From an uncultured Bacteroidia bacterium (GTDB lineage Bacteria > Bacteroidota > Bacteroidia > Bacteroidales > UBA932), in the NCBI GenBank assembly GCA_902795445.1, contig CADBLM010000127.1, forward strand, positions 1 to 36,191: a stretch of DNA of 36,191 bases, read 5' to 3'. The notes below the pieces were generated by a model. That model did not search any database, was not told where the DNA came from, and saw nothing but the letters and a program-made list of their open reading frames with translations. A program made the position numbers and the translations under genes. Position 1 is the stretch's first letter. Each line of letters begins with the position of its first letter. Below, piece after piece: positions 7,511 to 17,079 of this stretch.

Positions 7511-9949
7511 TTACTTATTGTATCTTATTGCTATATAACATATCGAATTGGTATGCGTATCGGAGGACGATTCATTCAGACGGGCCTCGGCATAGTCGAT
7601 ACCGCTGCTGCATACATCACTGGTCGGCGTCAGGCGGATATAGACATTCTCCTTGCCCAGCAGCTCGTTGGGCAGGGCCATATTGATCTGCTTGAATCCG
7701 ACGCAGGAGGAATATAGGGTGTTGGACCAGACCGAGACGTCCGGGACCGTATATTCCTCGATGAGGTGCCAGTTGGCATCGTCCTGATTGTCGGTGGTGG
7801 ACCACTCCGCCTTCCAGTAACGGGGAGCATAGAAAGTCTGGCTGCTGTTGAGCGTGGCAAACTGCAGCGAGAGGCCGGAAGCGCTGATGCCGGCCGTGGA
7901 GAATTTCAGCAGCCAGGCATAACTCCTGCCGGTATCGTAATCCCACCAGTAGTCGGAAGCGAAAGCGGTATAACATTCGGCCGGCACGTGGCCTTTGCCG
8001 CGCAGGGAATTGGAAGCGCCGTTGTAATTGATGTTGTCCACATTCGTTCCGTCACCGTAGAAGCAGTAGATGGACGGGGCGTTGGGCCCGCACCACTGGG
8101 GACGCGCCCCGGTATTGTCCACCAGGTCGGCCAGGTCGGTGCTCCAGCGTTCCTTGGTCGGGTCGAGGATGATGCCCAGACCGTTCTGGTTGCCGTAATG
8201 CAGGCCGAACATATAGTTCTTGTTGCTGCCTTTGGGCCCCACGTAGTCGAAAGAGCCGGAGGCGAAGAAATGCTGGTTGAAGACTTCTTCGGTAAAATCC
8301 TTGGCATCCGTCCCGGTATATTTGGTCTGGTAGGTGTGGGTAAACCAGCCGTTGGTGCCGTAGGTCGGCAGGCAGACGCCCTGGTTCTTGTCCGGGCGCC
8401 AGTAACGGTACTCGGCGAGCAGGGCGGAAAATCCGTCCTCGAAATCATCGTTCATTCCGCTCCAGATATCTTCCTTGGTCTGGTGGCGCAACTGATAGGT
8501 GCCGATGCGTCCGAGAGTCGGGTCGAGTTCCATTTCCGCAGGGTCGGCCGCATTGCGCCAGTTGAAACGGGGGAAACGCTCGTGGACGACGACGCCGGAC
8601 ATCGTACCGGAGCCGTAAGGAAGCCGGGTGCCGTCGTTGCGGTACTGGCAGACCGTATTGGTCAGCAGGTACATCCAGTCGCCGTTGATGTCGCGGATCA
8701 GGCGGGGGAATTTGGGGAAACGATGGGCGTTGGAAGCGATGGTATAACCCTCGTTCACAGGCATCAGGTCACCCTTGCGCATCGGGATTTCGACGTTCTG
8801 CAGGCGGACGTAGGTAAAGATGTCGTCATCCGTCAAGTCGCGCATCGCCTTGACCTTGGTCGGCACGTCGGAAGCCTGGCCGCGGGTCTGTCCGACAATC
8901 ATCGCGGACTTGACGCCGCTGACGGTCAGGTATTCCGGGTCGGAATGCAATACGGGACGGGTGTTGTACAGCAGCACCTGCAGGTGGTCGTACTGGGAAG
9001 TGACGTTGTCCTCGACGGTGCTGGTCATCAGGCAGATGCCCTGGGAGCCGTCGAAACTTTCCAGATAGATGGTCCGCTGGTCGCCGGAGTAGTCGATGGT
9101 GGAGGTGGTCAGCTGCTCGTCCTCCCCTGCGTTGCGGCCCGCATTGTTGCTGACGACAATCCCCTCGACGATGATGTACTTGTCGATGGGCTTGCCGGAC
9201 TGGACATAGTTGTATTTGAGGTCGCGCATCGAAACGGTGGTTCCGATTTTTTCCCGGGCTGTCCGCTGGATGACATTGAAGGACAGGGATATCGACTCGC
9301 CCCAGCCGTCCGTGAAACGGAAACGGACCGTGGCCGTGCGGGGATTGTTCTCGTCGTTGTTCCTGGCCGTCGCTATCGTCATCGTCCGCTTGCTGGACGG
9401 GGCGTCCGCCACCGTGACGTTCGTAATCCACCGCTCGGGCTCCGCCTCTTCGCTGTCGTAGGTCACCGCCTGCTCCAGGTCTTGGAAAGGGATGTTGGTC
9501 TCGATGACATAGGTGCTGTCGCCGCCCGCACCCCGGGCCTGGACGGACAGTTCGTTCATCGAGATGAAGGCTTCCTTCAGTCCCTTCTGCTTGACGGTGA
9601 CGGTGTCCCGCCGGGAATCGACATCGCTGCATAGGACGAAGACCGCCTTGCGCTTGAAGGACTCGTTGAAGTCGCACTCCGCCTTGATATAGCCGTTGGC
9701 CGCAACGTTGGAAGGCAGGGTCATCAGGAGCCAGTCGCTGTCCTTGGACAACATTTCGATATGATAGGCCCCGTTGGAATAGACGGGAATGTTGACGATG
9801 CCTCCGTCGGCCTCAGCGACAAATTCCTTGACGGCGGCCCCGAGCTTGACCAGGGTCACGTCGTCCCTGTCCCTGCGGTTGCAGGAGAAAAGGATGAGCG
9901 GCAGAAGCAGGAGAAGGGAAAAACTACGGTATGATTTCATAATCTTCAT
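7511..9949 (-). CDS. surface lipoprotein, BACON-like domains plus DUF5689-like (OB-fold-like) region and C-terminal beta-sandwich
   Basis: Lipobox LFSC; BACON-like W...N...R...Q patterns; VEGIVVSN, RTIYLES, DIFTYVRLQNVEI, GSGTMSGV, YQLR motifs. Confidence 0.8.
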   Translation of the reverse strand: MKIMKSYRSFSLLLLLPLILFSCNRRDRDDVTLVKLGAAVKEFVAEADGGIVNIPVYSNGAYHIEMLSKDSDWLLMTLPSNVAANGYIKAECDFNESFKRKAVFVLCSDVDSRRDTVTVKQKGLKEAFISMNELSVQARGAGGDSTYVIETNIPFQDLEQAVTYDSEEAEPERWITNVTVADAPSSKRTMTIATARNNDENNPRTATVRFRFTDGWGESISLSFNVIQRTAREKIGTTVSMRDLKYNYVQSGKPIDKYIIVEGIVVSNNAGRNAGEDEQLTTSTIDYSGDQRTIYLESFDGSQGICLMTSTVEDNVTSQYDHLQVLLYNTRPVLHSDPEYLTVSGVKSAMIVGQTRGQASDVPTKVKAMRDLTDDDIFTYVRLQNVEIPMRKGDLMPVNEGYTIASNAHRFPKFPRLIRDINGDWMYLLTNTVCQYRNDGTRLPYGSGTMSGVVVHERFPRFNWRNAADPAEMELDPTLGRIGTYQLRHQTKEDIWSGMNDDFEDGFSALLAEYRYWRPDKNQGVCLPTYGTNGWFTHTYQTKYTGTDAKDFTEEVFNQHFFASGSFDYVGPKGSNKNYMFGLHYGNQNGLGIILDPTKERWSTDLADLVDNTGARPQWCGPNAPSIYCFYGDGTNVDNINYNGASNSLRGKGHVPAECYTAFASDYWWDYDTGRSYAWLLKFSTAGISASGLSLQFATLNSSQTFYAPRYWKAEWSTTDNQDDANWHLIEEYTVPDVSVWSNTLYSSCVGFKQINMALPNELLGKENVYIRLTPTSDVCSSGIDYAEARLNESSSDTHTNSICYIAIRYNK

Positions 9950-9956
9950 CGCTTTA

Positions 9957-12428
9957 TTAATTATAACGGACCGTAATGGTACCGATGCGGACCTGGCTGT
10001 TGGCAGCGGTCACGGAGGGGCTCAGCGTGCCCCGTTCGATGCCGAGGGCGTCGCGCCAGTTGTCCGCGCCGGTGGCAGGAAGGATATCGGTGACGGTGTC
10101 CGCGACCTGGAAGCGCACGACGACGTTGTTCTGTCCGAAACAGGCCGCCGGCAACTTGACCAGATGCTCGGTGAAGCCGGGCGTGGCGTCCTGGGAGGTG
10201 GACTTGTCACCGGACCCCCACCAGACGATGGAACGTTTCTTCAGGATGTCCACCGAAGGGACGGGATTGAAGGTGCCGCCGTTGTCGGTCGAGTAGAGGA
10301 CATTCCAATGGGAGGGGCCGTAGATGCTCGCCGTATCCATCGAGCCGTGTCCCCAGACGATGCCGATGACGAGGTTGGTACCGCTGAGGCCGGAGGTGGA
10401 GAACCTGACGTCGAAGTACCGGCCGCTGCCCTCCGTGAAGTCCCACCACTGCTGCTTGAGACAGATGGCCGCCCCGGTGACCAGACCTTTCATATTGGCC
10501 GTCTTGTTGTTGCCGTTGGGAGCGTCCTTGTCTTTGGGAAGATAGGGATTGTTGAAGTCCGCGACAAACTCGGTACCTGCCTTGTACACATTGAGGGTTC
10601 CGTGTCCCTCGTCGGGGGTAATCTTCGGGGAGAAGTCGTTCCAGGTCCACTCGCAAATGGTATGGGAGAAGCGCTCGCCGTCGAGGGCGATTTCTTCCCG
10701 GTTCATCGCCCGGATCTGATAGCGGCCGAGGTCGCCCCAACGGACGGGCGCGACGTCATCCGCGACGATGATGCCGGAGAGGGTGCCGGCGCCCTGGGGC
10801 ACGCAGCTGTTCCACACGATGTCCTCACCGGTCCGGCGCCAGGGAACGGCGGCGTTGGTCAGCAGATGGATGACATCGCCGTTGCTGTCGCTGCACAGCA
10901 GCGGAGCTACGTCCCAGCGGGGCGTGACGGAACCGGAAGGATTGGAAGGATCGGCCGTCGAACCGTAGGCATAGCCCTCGGAGGCATTGGTGAAGGCTCC
11001 GTCCTTGCACAGGATCTCGACCGGGGCGAGCGACACGTAGGTGAAGATATCGTTGTCGTTAAGCTGGGCGATGGTGCGGACCTTGGCGGGAACGGTCATC
11101 GCGTCCCCCTGTTCGATGAGGGAAACTTTATCGGCGGTCAAATCCCGGATGGTAAAGCGGGAAGGATTGTCTTCGCGGACGAGGGTCGTGCCGTTGAGGT
11201 TGATGCGGACCCGCGCCCAGCGGGGCTGGACGTTCTGGTCGGCCGCCGTAAACTTGAGCTGGAGACCGTAGTTGCCGTCCAGGCTTTCGAGATACGCGGT
11301 CCTGGCGTTTTCCGAACGGTCAAAGGCATACTGGCCCGTCTGCGGGCTGGAACAGACGTTGAGGCTCGCAGGGTCGCTGACAATCCAGCCTTCCAGGTAA
11401 TCGTTGCGGCTGACGGGACCCGGCGTCATTCCCCGCAGTTCGGAGAAGGTGACGACCTTGTCGGCAGACTGCGTGACCTGATAGGTCGCGCCGGCCGTCA
11501 GCCCGTCTTTGGCGTAAGCGACGGTAATCGTCGCAGAACGGGGAGAGGTCCCGACGTTCTCATCGACCGTAAAGGACAGGCCGTTCTCGTCCAGCGCGGC
11601 GCCGCTCACCCAGTCGCCGTCGGAAGTCACGGCCGTTTCCGGGGAGGCCCAGATGTTGTTGACCGTCGCGCCGATGGAGTAGGTGCTGTTGTTGGCGTAG
11701 TAACTGCCGCTCGCGGAGGCGAGGGTGAAGGTAGGGTCAAGCGGACTCTGCGTCAGGATGATGGTAGAACGGGTCTCGATGCCGGAAGCGTCTTTGACGT
11801 AGTAGATGATGTCCGCCGAACGCTCGGTGCCGCCGGCATTTTCCCGGATGTCGAACGTCACCTTGTCTTCCGCGACGGTATAGGAACTGACCCAGGCGTC
11901 TTCCGCAGGGTCGCCGACCTCGCGGGTACCGATTTCATTGCCTTCCGCATCGTAATAGACGGCACGGGCCTTGATTTCTTCGAGACAGAAGGCCAGATTG
12001 GTCGTCATCGGCATCTCAAAGGTGGAAGCCTGCCGGGGCAGCGTGATGACGGACCGTTCAAACGTAATGGCGGGATTGGAAATCGAACCGGACTGGACGA
12101 TGGAAATGGTTTCGCTCCGTCCTTCCGCCTCCAGAATGATGTTGATGCCGCGCTTCACGCCGTAATTGGCGGAATAACTGAAAACGAAGTCGTTGAATCC
12201 TTCTCCGGACAGTTTGTCGAGGGAAGCCCAATCCACTTTTTCCGAAAGCCGGACCGTCCAGGGGCCGGTAGAATAGACCATAATGTGCGTGGAACCTGCT
12301 GCGCTCTTGAGTTCGAGGGTGCGGGATGACACCGAAAGAGGGTTCACCACCTCGAATTTCTGCTGGCAGGAAGGCAGGAGGAAGAGCAGCACGGCCGCCG
12401 CGACAAAACCATACAGTATCTTTTTCAT
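9957..12428 (-). CDS. surface lipoprotein, BACON repeats plus DUF5689-like region, paralogue of 7511..9949
   Basis: Lipobox LPSC; three BACON-like repeats (e.g. DWVS..FTVDENVGTSPRSATITV..VTQ); LEGWIVSD, RTAYLES, DIFTYVSL, GAGTLSGI, YQIR. Confidence 0.8.
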   Translation of the reverse strand: MKKILYGFVAAAVLLFLLPSCQQKFEVVNPLSVSSRTLELKSAAGSTHIMVYSTGPWTVRLSEKVDWASLDKLSGEGFNDFVFSYSANYGVKRGINIILEAEGRSETISIVQSGSISNPAITFERSVITLPRQASTFEMPMTTNLAFCLEEIKARAVYYDAEGNEIGTREVGDPAEDAWVSSYTVAEDKVTFDIRENAGGTERSADIIYYVKDASGIETRSTIILTQSPLDPTFTLASASGSYYANNSTYSIGATVNNIWASPETAVTSDGDWVSGAALDENGLSFTVDENVGTSPRSATITVAYAKDGLTAGATYQVTQSADKVVTFSELRGMTPGPVSRNDYLEGWIVSDPASLNVCSSPQTGQYAFDRSENARTAYLESLDGNYGLQLKFTAADQNVQPRWARVRINLNGTTLVREDNPSRFTIRDLTADKVSLIEQGDAMTVPAKVRTIAQLNDNDIFTYVSLAPVEILCKDGAFTNASEGYAYGSTADPSNPSGSVTPRWDVAPLLCSDSNGDVIHLLTNAAVPWRRTGEDIVWNSCVPQGAGTLSGIIVADDVAPVRWGDLGRYQIRAMNREEIALDGERFSHTICEWTWNDFSPKITPDEGHGTLNVYKAGTEFVADFNNPYLPKDKDAPNGNNKTANMKGLVTGAAICLKQQWWDFTEGSGRYFDVRFSTSGLSGTNLVIGIVWGHGSMDTASIYGPSHWNVLYSTDNGGTFNPVPSVDILKKRSIVWWGSGDKSTSQDATPGFTEHLVKLPAACFGQNNVVVRFQVADTVTDILPATGADNWRDALGIERGTLSPSVTAANSQVRIGTITVRYN

Positions 12429-12440
12429 AGCGTGCTTCCT

Positions 12441-13985
12441 TTAAAGTCCATACTTTTTATATTCGTTGTTGTCGAGGTGGTTCTTGGAATAGGTCACCTC
12501 CTTGTCGGGGATGGGATAGTACTCGTGGCAGGGCAGGGCGGCTTCCTTCATCGCCGTATGGTCGCTGTTCTCCTGAACGGCGTCATACCAGATGCCCCAG
12601 CGGACCAGGTCGAACTTGCGCTGGAACTCGCCGTAGAGTTCGCGGGCGCGTTCGCAGCGGATTTCATCTTCGAGACGGGCCTGCGTGCGATAGACATAAT
12701 CGCCGGTCTGGGCGCGGTTGCGGACCTTGTTGAGATAGGCTATGGATTTGTCGTTGTCGCCCAGGTAGAACCAGCATTCGGAGAGCATCAGCAGGGCGTC
12801 CGCATAACGGAAGACCTTGTAGTTGTTGCCGTCCTGGGTGGTCACCATATTCGGGCACCAGAACTTGGGACCCGGCCAGGGAGTGGTGTTGACATCCGAG
12901 AAAGCCTGGCCGTTGTATTCCCAGGCCATATTGTAATTCTTGCGGATATCCCTGCCCAGTTTGGTCTGCAAGCCCTGGCTGAAATAGGTATTGGGGCGCA
13001 TAGCGGTCCAGGTGGTGCACTCGTAGCCGAGTTCGGGGATTTCCACGCCGTCGAAGGTCGCGCCGATGACGACGCCCTCGTCGTTGGTGACCTTCTTGCA
13101 GGTCGGCGTACAGATGGCCGCGACGTTGGAAGTATAGGTCAGACCGCCCTGCACATACACGTGCTGGACCTCCATAATGGACTCCGGCGTATTCTTGTTG
13201 CGGAAGGTGGCGTTCTCGCCGTAGTCGTAGGCGGAAAGGTCGCCGTAGATGGTTTCCAGATGTTCCAGGGCCGCGACGGCGGTATTGTACCAGTACTCCT
13301 TGCGGGAGGGGGCGTCCTTGGTGGCGTTCCACATCGCCATCTTTCCGATGAGCATCCAGGCCGTGGCGGCCCCCAGACGGGCGCCGGGATTGTCGGAGGT
13401 GCGGGTCTGGCTGACCTTCGGCGCAATTTCCTGCAGGTCCTCGATGCAGGCCTTGCGGGTATCGACGGCGCTCATCCTCGGCAGGATGGCGATGCGGTCC
13501 ATCGTCTCGTGGTCCTTCACGTCATCGAAGTAGAAGGGGACGTTGCCGAACATACAGGTCAGGGTGTAATAGTAGAAAGCCCGGAGCGTCTTCGCTTCGC
13601 AGAGCAGCTGGTTCCGCTGGGATTCGCTGATACCCTCCGAGCCCTGAATGCCCTGGATGGCAAAATTGCAGCGCTGCACGCCCTGATAGGCCTGGGTCCA
13701 TACCGTGGCGCCGAACCTCGGAAGGGCCGGCGAAATGTCGAGCCGGGAGTCGAGGGTACCGGAGTAGATGCGCGAAATGTCGGTCTGGCATTCCGTGACA
13801 ATCATATAGGTAAAGGTATAGATGGACTTGATGGGAATGTAGCAGCCGTTGACCACCGCCTGGCATTCCGCGTTGTTGCGGAAGGAATTGTCCGGGGTGG
13901 ACAGGGAAGAGGTGTCCTCCTTCAGGGAACAGGCCTGGAAAGAGAGTACGGCGGCAAAGGCCAGGATTGAAATGAGCTTTTTCAT
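12441..13985 (-). CDS. susD: SusD/RagB family outer-membrane nutrient-binding lipoprotein
   Basis: Start reassigned to MKKLIS (13985); FQAC lipobox; EAKTLRAFYY..FGNVP, FRYADALLMLSE, LNKVRNRA, ERARELYGE..RKFDLVRWG, YPIP. Confidence 0.95.
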   Translation of the reverse strand: MKKLISILAFAAVLSFQACSLKEDTSSLSTPDNSFRNNAECQAVVNGCYIPIKSIYTFTYMIVTECQTDISRIYSGTLDSRLDISPALPRFGATVWTQAYQGVQRCNFAIQGIQGSEGISESQRNQLLCEAKTLRAFYYYTLTCMFGNVPFYFDDVKDHETMDRIAILPRMSAVDTRKACIEDLQEIAPKVSQTRTSDNPGARLGAATAWMLIGKMAMWNATKDAPSRKEYWYNTAVAALEHLETIYGDLSAYDYGENATFRNKNTPESIMEVQHVYVQGGLTYTSNVAAICTPTCKKVTNDEGVVIGATFDGVEIPELGYECTTWTAMRPNTYFSQGLQTKLGRDIRKNYNMAWEYNGQAFSDVNTTPWPGPKFWCPNMVTTQDGNNYKVFRYADALLMLSECWFYLGDNDKSIAYLNKVRNRAQTGDYVYRTQARLEDEIRCERARELYGEFQRKFDLVRWGIWYDAVQENSDHTAMKEAALPCHEYYPIPDKEVTYSKNHLDNNEYKKYGL

Positions 13986-14001
13986 CGTTATCTCCTCCAT
14001 A

Positions 14002-17000
14002 TTAGTATCTGATCTGAATGCTGAAAGTGAAGGTCCGGGCCTTCGGATAAGCACCGATGTCGGCACGCCGCAGGGTGGACGAGGTCCCTTCGCTGGAAAC
14101 GTCCGGATCGAAGCCGTTGTATTTTTTCCAGAGGAAGAGGTTGTCTCCGACTGCCGTCAGCGTGATGTCGCGGAGCCATTTGACCTTCTTGGAAAGGTCG
14201 AAGGTATAACTCAGGCTCAGCGTCTTGAAACGGATGTAGGAGGCGTCGTAAATCATAAAGTCACTCGGCAGGCCCGTATCCACGCTGCCCGCGCGGGGCA
14301 GGTTGGAATCCGGATTGCGGACGGGATGCCAGGAGTTGAGCATATAGCGGTACTGGTTCGTAAAGGTGGAACCCGCCATATAGATTTCGGAGAAGTTGTA
14401 AATCTTGCCGCCGAGGGAATAGGCGAAATAGAGGCCGACCTTGAGTCCGAAAATGTAGAAACTGTTCTGGATGCCGCCGTACAGCCAGGGGTCGGCGCTG
14501 CCCTGATAGACGAGGTCGTCCTGGTTGAGGGTGCCGTCGTGGTTGATGTCATAATACTTGGCATAGCCCAGGGACTGGGTGGACGCGCTCGCATAGGTCT
14601 TGGTGACGGCATTGACGTCGATTTCGTTCTGGTTGTGCCATACGCCCGCATACTTGAAGCCCCAGAGGGAGTTGAGCGGATAGCCGGACACATAACCGTA
14701 CATCATATAGGGGTTGTTGCCCGGAGAGGAATAGGCCGCCACGAAATCTTCGGAACCGATGTCCTCCACGAGCTGGGTATTGTGGGAGAAGGTCAGCGTG
14801 GTGGACCAGCTGAAATTCTTGTGCACGATGTTCTGCGTATCGATGGAGAGTTCCACGCCTTTGTTGGAAGTGACGCCGATGTTGCCGTAGCGGGAGGAGT
14901 AACCGGTCTGGGTCGCCATCTGGAGGGTCAGCAGCAGGTCGGTGGTCCTGGAGTAATAGTACTCGCCCGTGATGTTCAGCCGTCCCTTGAAGAAGGACAG
15001 GTCGGCGGCGACGTTGTACAGGGCCGTCTTTTCCCAGGTCAGGTTCGGGGAGGCCAGACGGGAGCGGTAGTAGGCCACCGGCTGGGAACCGTCGAAGAGG
15101 TAGCCGGAAGTCGTGGACGACAGGGCGGCGAGGGAACGGTACTCGCTGATGGCGTCGTTGCCCGTCAGGCCGGCGCTGCCGCGGATGGACAGGTCGTCAA
15201 TCCAGTCCACATCCTTGAGAAATTCCTCGTTGGCGACATTCCAGCGGATGGCACAGGACGGGAAGAAAGCCCACTTGTGATTGTCCGCGAAGTTGGAGGC
15301 GCCGTCGAAACGGCCGGTCGCCGTGAAATAGTAGCGGGACTTGTAGTTGTAGTCCACGCGGCCGAAGAAGGACATCTTGGTCTTGCCGGCATAGGAAGTG
15401 CCGGCCGTGTAGGTTTCCTTGTCGATGACCGCGTTCATATTGTTCCACTTCACCGCATCGTCCATATAGCCGCTGCCGGAGAGGGAGAAATTGTGGTTGC
15501 CGGACTTGTATGCCGAGAAGCCCGCGAGCAGGTTGAGCGAGTGGTCGCCCAGCTGGTCGAAGGTGTAACTTGCCGTCGTCTCGTTGGACATCGAGTAGTT
15601 GTCGTACTCCTCACGCAGCGCATCGCCGCCCTGGTTCTCGCCCTTGGCGGGCAGGGTGCCGGGATAGTAGCGGTAGGTGTGCCGCTGGAAGAAGAAGTAG
15701 GAGAAAGTGCTCTTGACGTTGAAATTCTTGAAAGGATTGATATCCACCTTGAAGGAGTGGTTGGTGGAGTGGTATTCCTTGTAATAGGTGTTCAGGTCGA
15801 TGAGCATACGGGGCGTATTGATGCGCTGGCCGCCGCCGTAGAGGGGGTTCTCGGCATCGCCCGGCTTGATGAGCGGGGAAAGATACTGCGCCGCATTCCA
15901 GTAGGAAGTGCCGCCGATGGAGGCTTTGGCGATGTCCTGGTGACGGAAGGTATAAGTACCGGAATATCCGACTTTGAGCCACTTGAAGAGCTGGCGGTCG
16001 TAGGAGAGACGTCCCGTGAAACGTTTCTGGCCGGAATCCTGGATGATACCCTGGGTGTCATTGTAGGAGAAGGAAGCGTAGTACGAGTCCTTCTCGCCCT
16101 TGCCGGAGAGCGAAAGGGCGTAGTTCTGCGTGAGGGCATTGCGGGTCACTTCCTGAATCCAGTCGGTGCCCTGCAGGGACATCGGGTCGGAATAGACCGA
16201 TTCGGACAAGGGAGAGGTCGCGCCGACGCCGCGATGATAAGGGTCGCCCCCGAAATAGGCGTAGTCATTGCGGTACATCGCAAATTCCGTGGCGTTCATA
16301 ATGTCGAGTTTGCTCGGCAGGGAGGAGATGCCCACGTCCGCCTTGAAGGTGATGTTGGGTTTTCCTGCGGTGCCGCTCCCCTGCTTGGTCGTGATGATGA
16401 TGACGCCGTTGGCGCCCCGGGAACCATAGATGGCCGTGGAGGAGGCGTCTTTCAGGACCGAGATGGAAGCGATGTCGTCGGAGTTGATGTCGTTGAGGTC
16501 GTTGATGGCATCCATCACGCCGTCCACGACAATCAGCGGCTCGTTGGAAGCCGTGATGGACCGCGTTCCGCGAATACGGATGGTAGCCGTTGAGCCCGGC
16601 GCGCCGTCGGTGGACATAAAGTCGGCACCGGCGATACGGCCCTGCAGGGCGTTGTCGATGGAAACGGCCGGGGTGTCCTTGATGTCCCCCATCTTCACGT
16701 TGACGACAGAACCGGTGAGGTCGGACTTCTTGACCGTACCGTAACCGATGACGACCACATCCTCCAACACGTTCTGGTCAGGACTGAGGACGATGTCAAG
16801 ATGGGTATTGGCTCCCACCGGCACGTCTTTATCGGCAAAGCCGATATAAGTGACCTTCAGCACGTCGGCGGGCCTGGCCTGAATGGTAAAATTGCCGTCG
16901 ATGTCGGTGATGACGCCGGTGGAGGCATCGTTGCCGATCATCACGGCCGCTCCGATGAGGGGCTGATTTTCATTGTCCAGGACCGTACCTGTCACGGTTT

Positions 17001-17079
17001 TCTTTTGTGCGGATGCGGACAGGGCGCCGGTCAGCAGGACAATGGCGGCGACAAGCGTGTGACGTAGTATGTTCTTCAT
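14002..17079 (-). CDS. susC: SusC/RagA family TonB-dependent transporter
   Basis: DVVVIGYG, DLTGSV, ALQGRIAG, IRIRG..NEPLIVVDG, SISVLKDASSTAIYGSRGANGVIIITTK, LTWEKT, C-terminal YPKARTFTFSIQIRY. Confidence 0.97.
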   Translation of the reverse strand: MKNILRHTLVAAIVLLTGALSASAQKKTVTGTVLDNENQPLIGAAVMIGNDASTGVITDIDGNFTIQARPADVLKVTYIGFADKDVPVGANTHLDIVLSPDQNVLEDVVVIGYGTVKKSDLTGSVVNVKMGDIKDTPAVSIDNALQGRIAGADFMSTDGAPGSTATIRIRGTRSITASNEPLIVVDGVMDAINDLNDINSDDIASISVLKDASSTAIYGSRGANGVIIITTKQGSGTAGKPNITFKADVGISSLPSKLDIMNATEFAMYRNDYAYFGGDPYHRGVGATSPLSESVYSDPMSLQGTDWIQEVTRNALTQNYALSLSGKGEKDSYYASFSYNDTQGIIQDSGQKRFTGRLSYDRQLFKWLKVGYSGTYTFRHQDIAKASIGGTSYWNAAQYLSPLIKPGDAENPLYGGGQRINTPRMLIDLNTYYKEYHSTNHSFKVDINPFKNFNVKSTFSYFFFQRHTYRYYPGTLPAKGENQGGDALREEYDNYSMSNETTASYTFDQLGDHSLNLLAGFSAYKSGNHNFSLSGSGYMDDAVKWNNMNAVIDKETYTAGTSYAGKTKMSFFGRVDYNYKSRYYFTATGRFDGASNFADNHKWAFFPSCAIRWNVANEEFLKDVDWIDDLSIRGSAGLTGNDAISEYRSLAALSSTTSGYLFDGSQPVAYYRSRLASPNLTWEKTALYNVAADLSFFKGRLNITGEYYYSRTTDLLLTLQMATQTGYSSRYGNIGVTSNKGVELSIDTQNIVHKNFSWSTTLTFSHNTQLVEDIGSEDFVAAYSSPGNNPYMMYGYVSGYPLNSLWGFKYAGVWHNQNEIDVNAVTKTYASASTQSLGYAKYYDINHDGTLNQDDLVYQGSADPWLYGGIQNSFYIFGLKVGLYFAYSLGGKIYNFSEIYMAGSTFTNQYRYMLNSWHPVRNPDSNLPRAGSVDTGLPSDFMIYDASYIRFKTLSLSYTFDLSKKVKWLRDITLTAVGDNLFLWKKYNGFDPDVSSEGTSSTLRRADIGAYPKARTFTFSIQIRY

